From Candidatus Poribacteria bacterium (GTDB lineage: Bacteria > Poribacteria > WGA-4E > WGA-3G): a stretch of 64,000 nucleotides of DNA. Positions 61,696 through 64,000 of the stretch are shown in pieces (position 1 is the stretch's first letter; each line of letters opens with the position of its first letter). The translations under genes were made by a program, and so were the position numbers. The notes beneath the pieces were generated by a model, which did no database searches, was not told where the DNA came from, and was given only the letters and a program-made list of their open reading frames with translations. Location of the stretch: assembly GCA_003635195.1 (NCBI GenBank), contig PYIY01000075.1, positions 27,608 to 91,607 of the forward strand, read 5' to 3'.

Positions 61696-62436
61696 CTACT
61701 CTACCCGATAGGAGAAATTGTGTCCAAAATAGAGGTCTCTCGCTGTTGGGTCGTTAACGAGTTCTGTAGGTGTTCCAGCGAGGGTAATCTTTCCATCGAC
61801 GATGATGTATGCTCTGTCAACGATGTCAAGCGTTTCGGCAGCGTTGTGGTCGGTAATGAGTACCCCTAAGTTGCGGTCGCGCAAATGCAAGATGAGTTGC
61901 TTAATGTCTGCGACAGCAATGGGGTCTATTCCAGAAAGCGGTTCATCAAGGAGAATAAAATCCGGTTGCGCCGCGAGGGCTCGTGCTATCTCCGCCCGGC
62001 GACACTCACCCCCAGATAGTGTGTATGCCTTGCGCTGTAACAGGTTTGAGATGCCGAGCTCATCTGTCAGTTCATAGATACGAGAACTGCGTTCAGATTT
62101 GGGCATCCGTTGTGCCTCAAGGATGGCCTCAATGTTCTGTTGAACCGTCAGTTTACGGAAAATTGATGTCTCTTGTGCGAGATAACCGATACCGAGCCGC
62201 GCCCGCTTATACATCGGGTAGAAGGTGATGTCTTTTTCGGCATACGTGATTTTACCCGAATTGGGGCGAATCAATCCGACTACCATGTAGAACGTTGTCG
62301 ATTTGCCGGCACCATTGGGACCGAGCAGCCCGACAACTTCACCTTGCTGTACCGATAGACTCACCTCATTAACAACAATAGGACCGTTCCTTGTATACCG
62401 TTTTACGAGTCTGTGTGCTTGTAATTCTGTTGTCAT
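61696..62436 (-). CDS. lptB: LPS export ABC transporter ATP-binding protein
   Basis: It has Walker A GPNGAGKST, the signature LSGGECRRAEIARAL, is 246 aa long, and sits between lptA and rpoN. Confidence 0.9.
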   Translation of the reverse strand: MTTELQAHRLVKRYTRNGPIVVNEVSLSVQQGEVVGLLGPNGAGKSTTFYMVVGLIRPNSGKITYAEKDITFYPMYKRARLGIGYLAQETSIFRKLTVQQNIEAILEAQRMPKSERSSRIYELTDELGISNLLQRKAYTLSGGECRRAEIARALAAQPDFILLDEPLSGIDPIAVADIKQLILHLRDRNLGVLITDHNAAETLDIVDRAYIIVDGKITLAGTPTELVNDPTARDLYFGHNFSYRVE

Positions 62437-62480
62437 GATCTCTAACTATGATGTTCTACGCTTATGATTAACTGAGCTGT

Positions 62481-63437
62481 TTAATCGTTTTCGGATTCAT
62501 CCGCTTCAGGGTCTGCATCTGCGTCATCGGAGTTTTCAGTATCTGTATCAGTCGCTTCTTGGGAATCCGCATCTGCAGTGTTTCCAGTGTCTGTATCAGA
62601 TTTATCTTCCCCATCGGCATCCGCATCATCTGTCTCAGCATCTGTGTCTTTTTTTTCTTCTTCAGCCTTAGTTTCAGTTTTCTCAGGCGCAGCTTCAGCA
62701 GTTTTTTCTTCCTCAGTCCCCTCACCGCTTTCGGAATTCTCATCCGTTTCTGTGGTGACAGGTGCTGCTTGTGTAACGCTCACTTTGAATTTAACGCCAC
62801 CTTCGCCAGTCTGTTTACCTGTCGTCCGATTGAAAGTGAAAAGCTTGGTTTCCAGTCTATCCTTGTTTTGTAAGACAACGACGTTTTCCTTGAGCGTAAT
62901 GATATTCGTCAGGTTGTTCATGATAGCATGGTCACAGGTAGCGAAGATATCTTGGTCTCGAATTTCTACGTTGCCTTCAGCGATAATTTCTGTTGTTGTT
63001 CCAGTTTCAGGATCGCTGTTCATGGTAATTTTATCGGCGTTAAGGAACCCGATCTCAACATCTTGCGCGTTATAACGGACCGTCTTGGCATTGCCGATAA
63101 GGATCGTTATACCGTCCTTATCATATCTCTCCATTCTATCTGCGGTGCCGGTGATCTTTTCTTTCGGCATTTCTGACGTGGTATCGGTATTTCCAGGGGT
63201 GTCTGCCTTTTGCCCAGCGTTTTCCGTCATTTGTGTCTCTACTGCATTGGTCGCTGGAGGTTTCGCATCTTCTTCAGCAACAACAGTTACGGAAATAAGA
63301 AAGACCAGAAGCGCGAGAAATCCAACGGAGGCACAAAATTGACAGCGTTGAGATCCGCGTTTAGGGCTACTCTGATTCAATGGAGGCATTATGGTGTTCA
63401 TGTGTTTTCTCGTCTTTTGGGTAAAGTGTGAATTCAT
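62481..63437 (-). CDS. lptA: LptA/OstA-like periplasmic LPS transport protein with a roughly 95-aa acidic low-complexity tail (start uncertain)
   Basis: An OstA_N-like beta-jellyroll segment runs ITGTADRMERYDKDGITILIGNAKT...ATCDHAIMNNLTNIITLKENVVVLQ. The tail is D/E/T-rich. The ATGs at 63437, 63401 and 63389 all overlap lptC. Confidence 0.7.
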   Translation of the reverse strand: MNSHFTQKTRKHMNTIMPPLNQSSPKRGSQRCQFCASVGFLALLVFLISVTVVAEEDAKPPATNAVETQMTENAGQKADTPGNTDTTSEMPKEKITGTADRMERYDKDGITILIGNAKTVRYNAQDVEIGFLNADKITMNSDPETGTTTEIIAEGNVEIRDQDIFATCDHAIMNNLTNIITLKENVVVLQNKDRLETKLFTFNRTTGKQTGEGGVKFKVSVTQAAPVTTETDENSESGEGTEEEKTAEAAPEKTETKAEEEKKDTDAETDDADADGEDKSDTDTGNTADADSQEATDTDTENSDDADADPEADESEND

Positions 63438-64000
63438 TATTTTTCATTGTTACAGTTTCAAGTGTCGGATTTGCTAACATTTCTGTTCCGAGCCAGGTGG
63501 AATCTCCACGCACGACTGTGGCTTCATCGGGAGCATACAATTTACCTGCGAGGTTCCGCCAATAGAGTGTTTCAGTAAAGAGTTTGCCGTCTTTACTGAC
63601 CCCTACGACATTCCCTGTCAGGTGCAAACTGTCCTTTTTCCTGCCACTCAGGAATTGTTTGCCTTTTTCACCATTCAAAGTGATAGAAACAACACCATTT
63701 TCAAAAATCTGAACAGTCGGATTTTCCACTTCAACGTAACTACCGTGAAATGTTGAAGTATCCCCGACAAGCGTCCATTTAAGTACGCCTGCCTCGGTGT
63801 GTTGTGTAGAAAACCTGCCGAGTTTCTGCGTTGGGGCAGCTTCTACAGACTCATCGGGTGCACTGACTGGGGTTTCTGTGCTTTTACAGGACGTTACACA
63901 GAGCAGCAAGGGTACAAAAACCCCTATGAAAATGCAGCTAATTCTGTGTTTTCCACCGTCGATGCATCCAAATCCATTGCGCTGGATATTGTCGGATATA
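63367..64000 (-). CDS. lptC: LptC-like protein, 5-prime end probably beyond or near the window edge
   Basis: An LptC-like beta-jellyroll is present (LKWTLVGDTSTFHGSYVEVENPTVQIF ... LHLTGNVVGVSKDGKLFTETLYW). The frame is open from 63909 (TTG) to base 63999. The upstream frame encodes KHRISCIFIGVFVPLLLCVTSC, a signal peptide/lipobox that the TTG start would cut off. Confidence 0.65.
   Translation of the reverse strand, partial: ISDNIQRNGFGCIDGGKHRISCIFIGVFVPLLLCVTSCKSTETPVSAPDESVEAAPTQKLGRFSTQHTEAGVLKWTLVGDTSTFHGSYVEVENPTVQIFENGVVSITLNGEKGKQFLSGRKKDSLHLTGNVVGVSKDGKLFTETLYWRNLAGKLYAPDEATVVRGDSTWLGTEMLANPTLETVTMKNNEFTLYPKDEKTHEHHNASIESE

Overview
This 64-kb window is a compact chromosome segment, mostly coded on the minus strand, from an uncultivated diderm bacterium. 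The evidence for a diderm is an lptC-lptA-lptB-rpoN-hpf block, a T9SS/FlgD-Ig-type C-terminal sorting domain, and many NHL and WD40 propeller proteins. Any phylum name (Poribacteria-like or an FCB-related candidate phylum) would be a guess. Housekeeping content: a long SRP RNA followed by dnaX-ybaB-recR, mnmG-rsmG, a six-tRNA cluster (all four Ser isoacceptors, Ala, Arg-ACG) wrapped around tadA, gatB, nadB, valS, and galK plus a ROK kinase. Regulatory and accessory content: an ECF sigma-TM-WD40 fusion broken by one in-frame TAG at a conserved Trp; a second ECF sigma; two sensor kinases; and a partner-switching cassette with no sigma factor (STAS, HK, REC-PP2C, internally duplicated RsbW-like kinase, STAS, then a degenerate AccD-like protein). 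It also holds a BcnI/MvaI-type R-M pair, hicAB, DUF433, Uma2, and an outer-membrane cluster of three lipoproteins plus a 1291-aa barrel-like protein. The strongest signal not explained by genes is a set of about 16 copies of a palindromic element whose arms are tandem 7-nt units. It fills almost every intergenic gap of the minus-strand operons and also sits in frame inside nadB, the 1291-aa protein and two annotated N-termini. Two further small repeat families exist, and one of them is inserted in frame in the WD40 gene. I saw no CRISPR array, transposase, integrase or rRNA. All family names come from motif recognition by eye and no database search was run.
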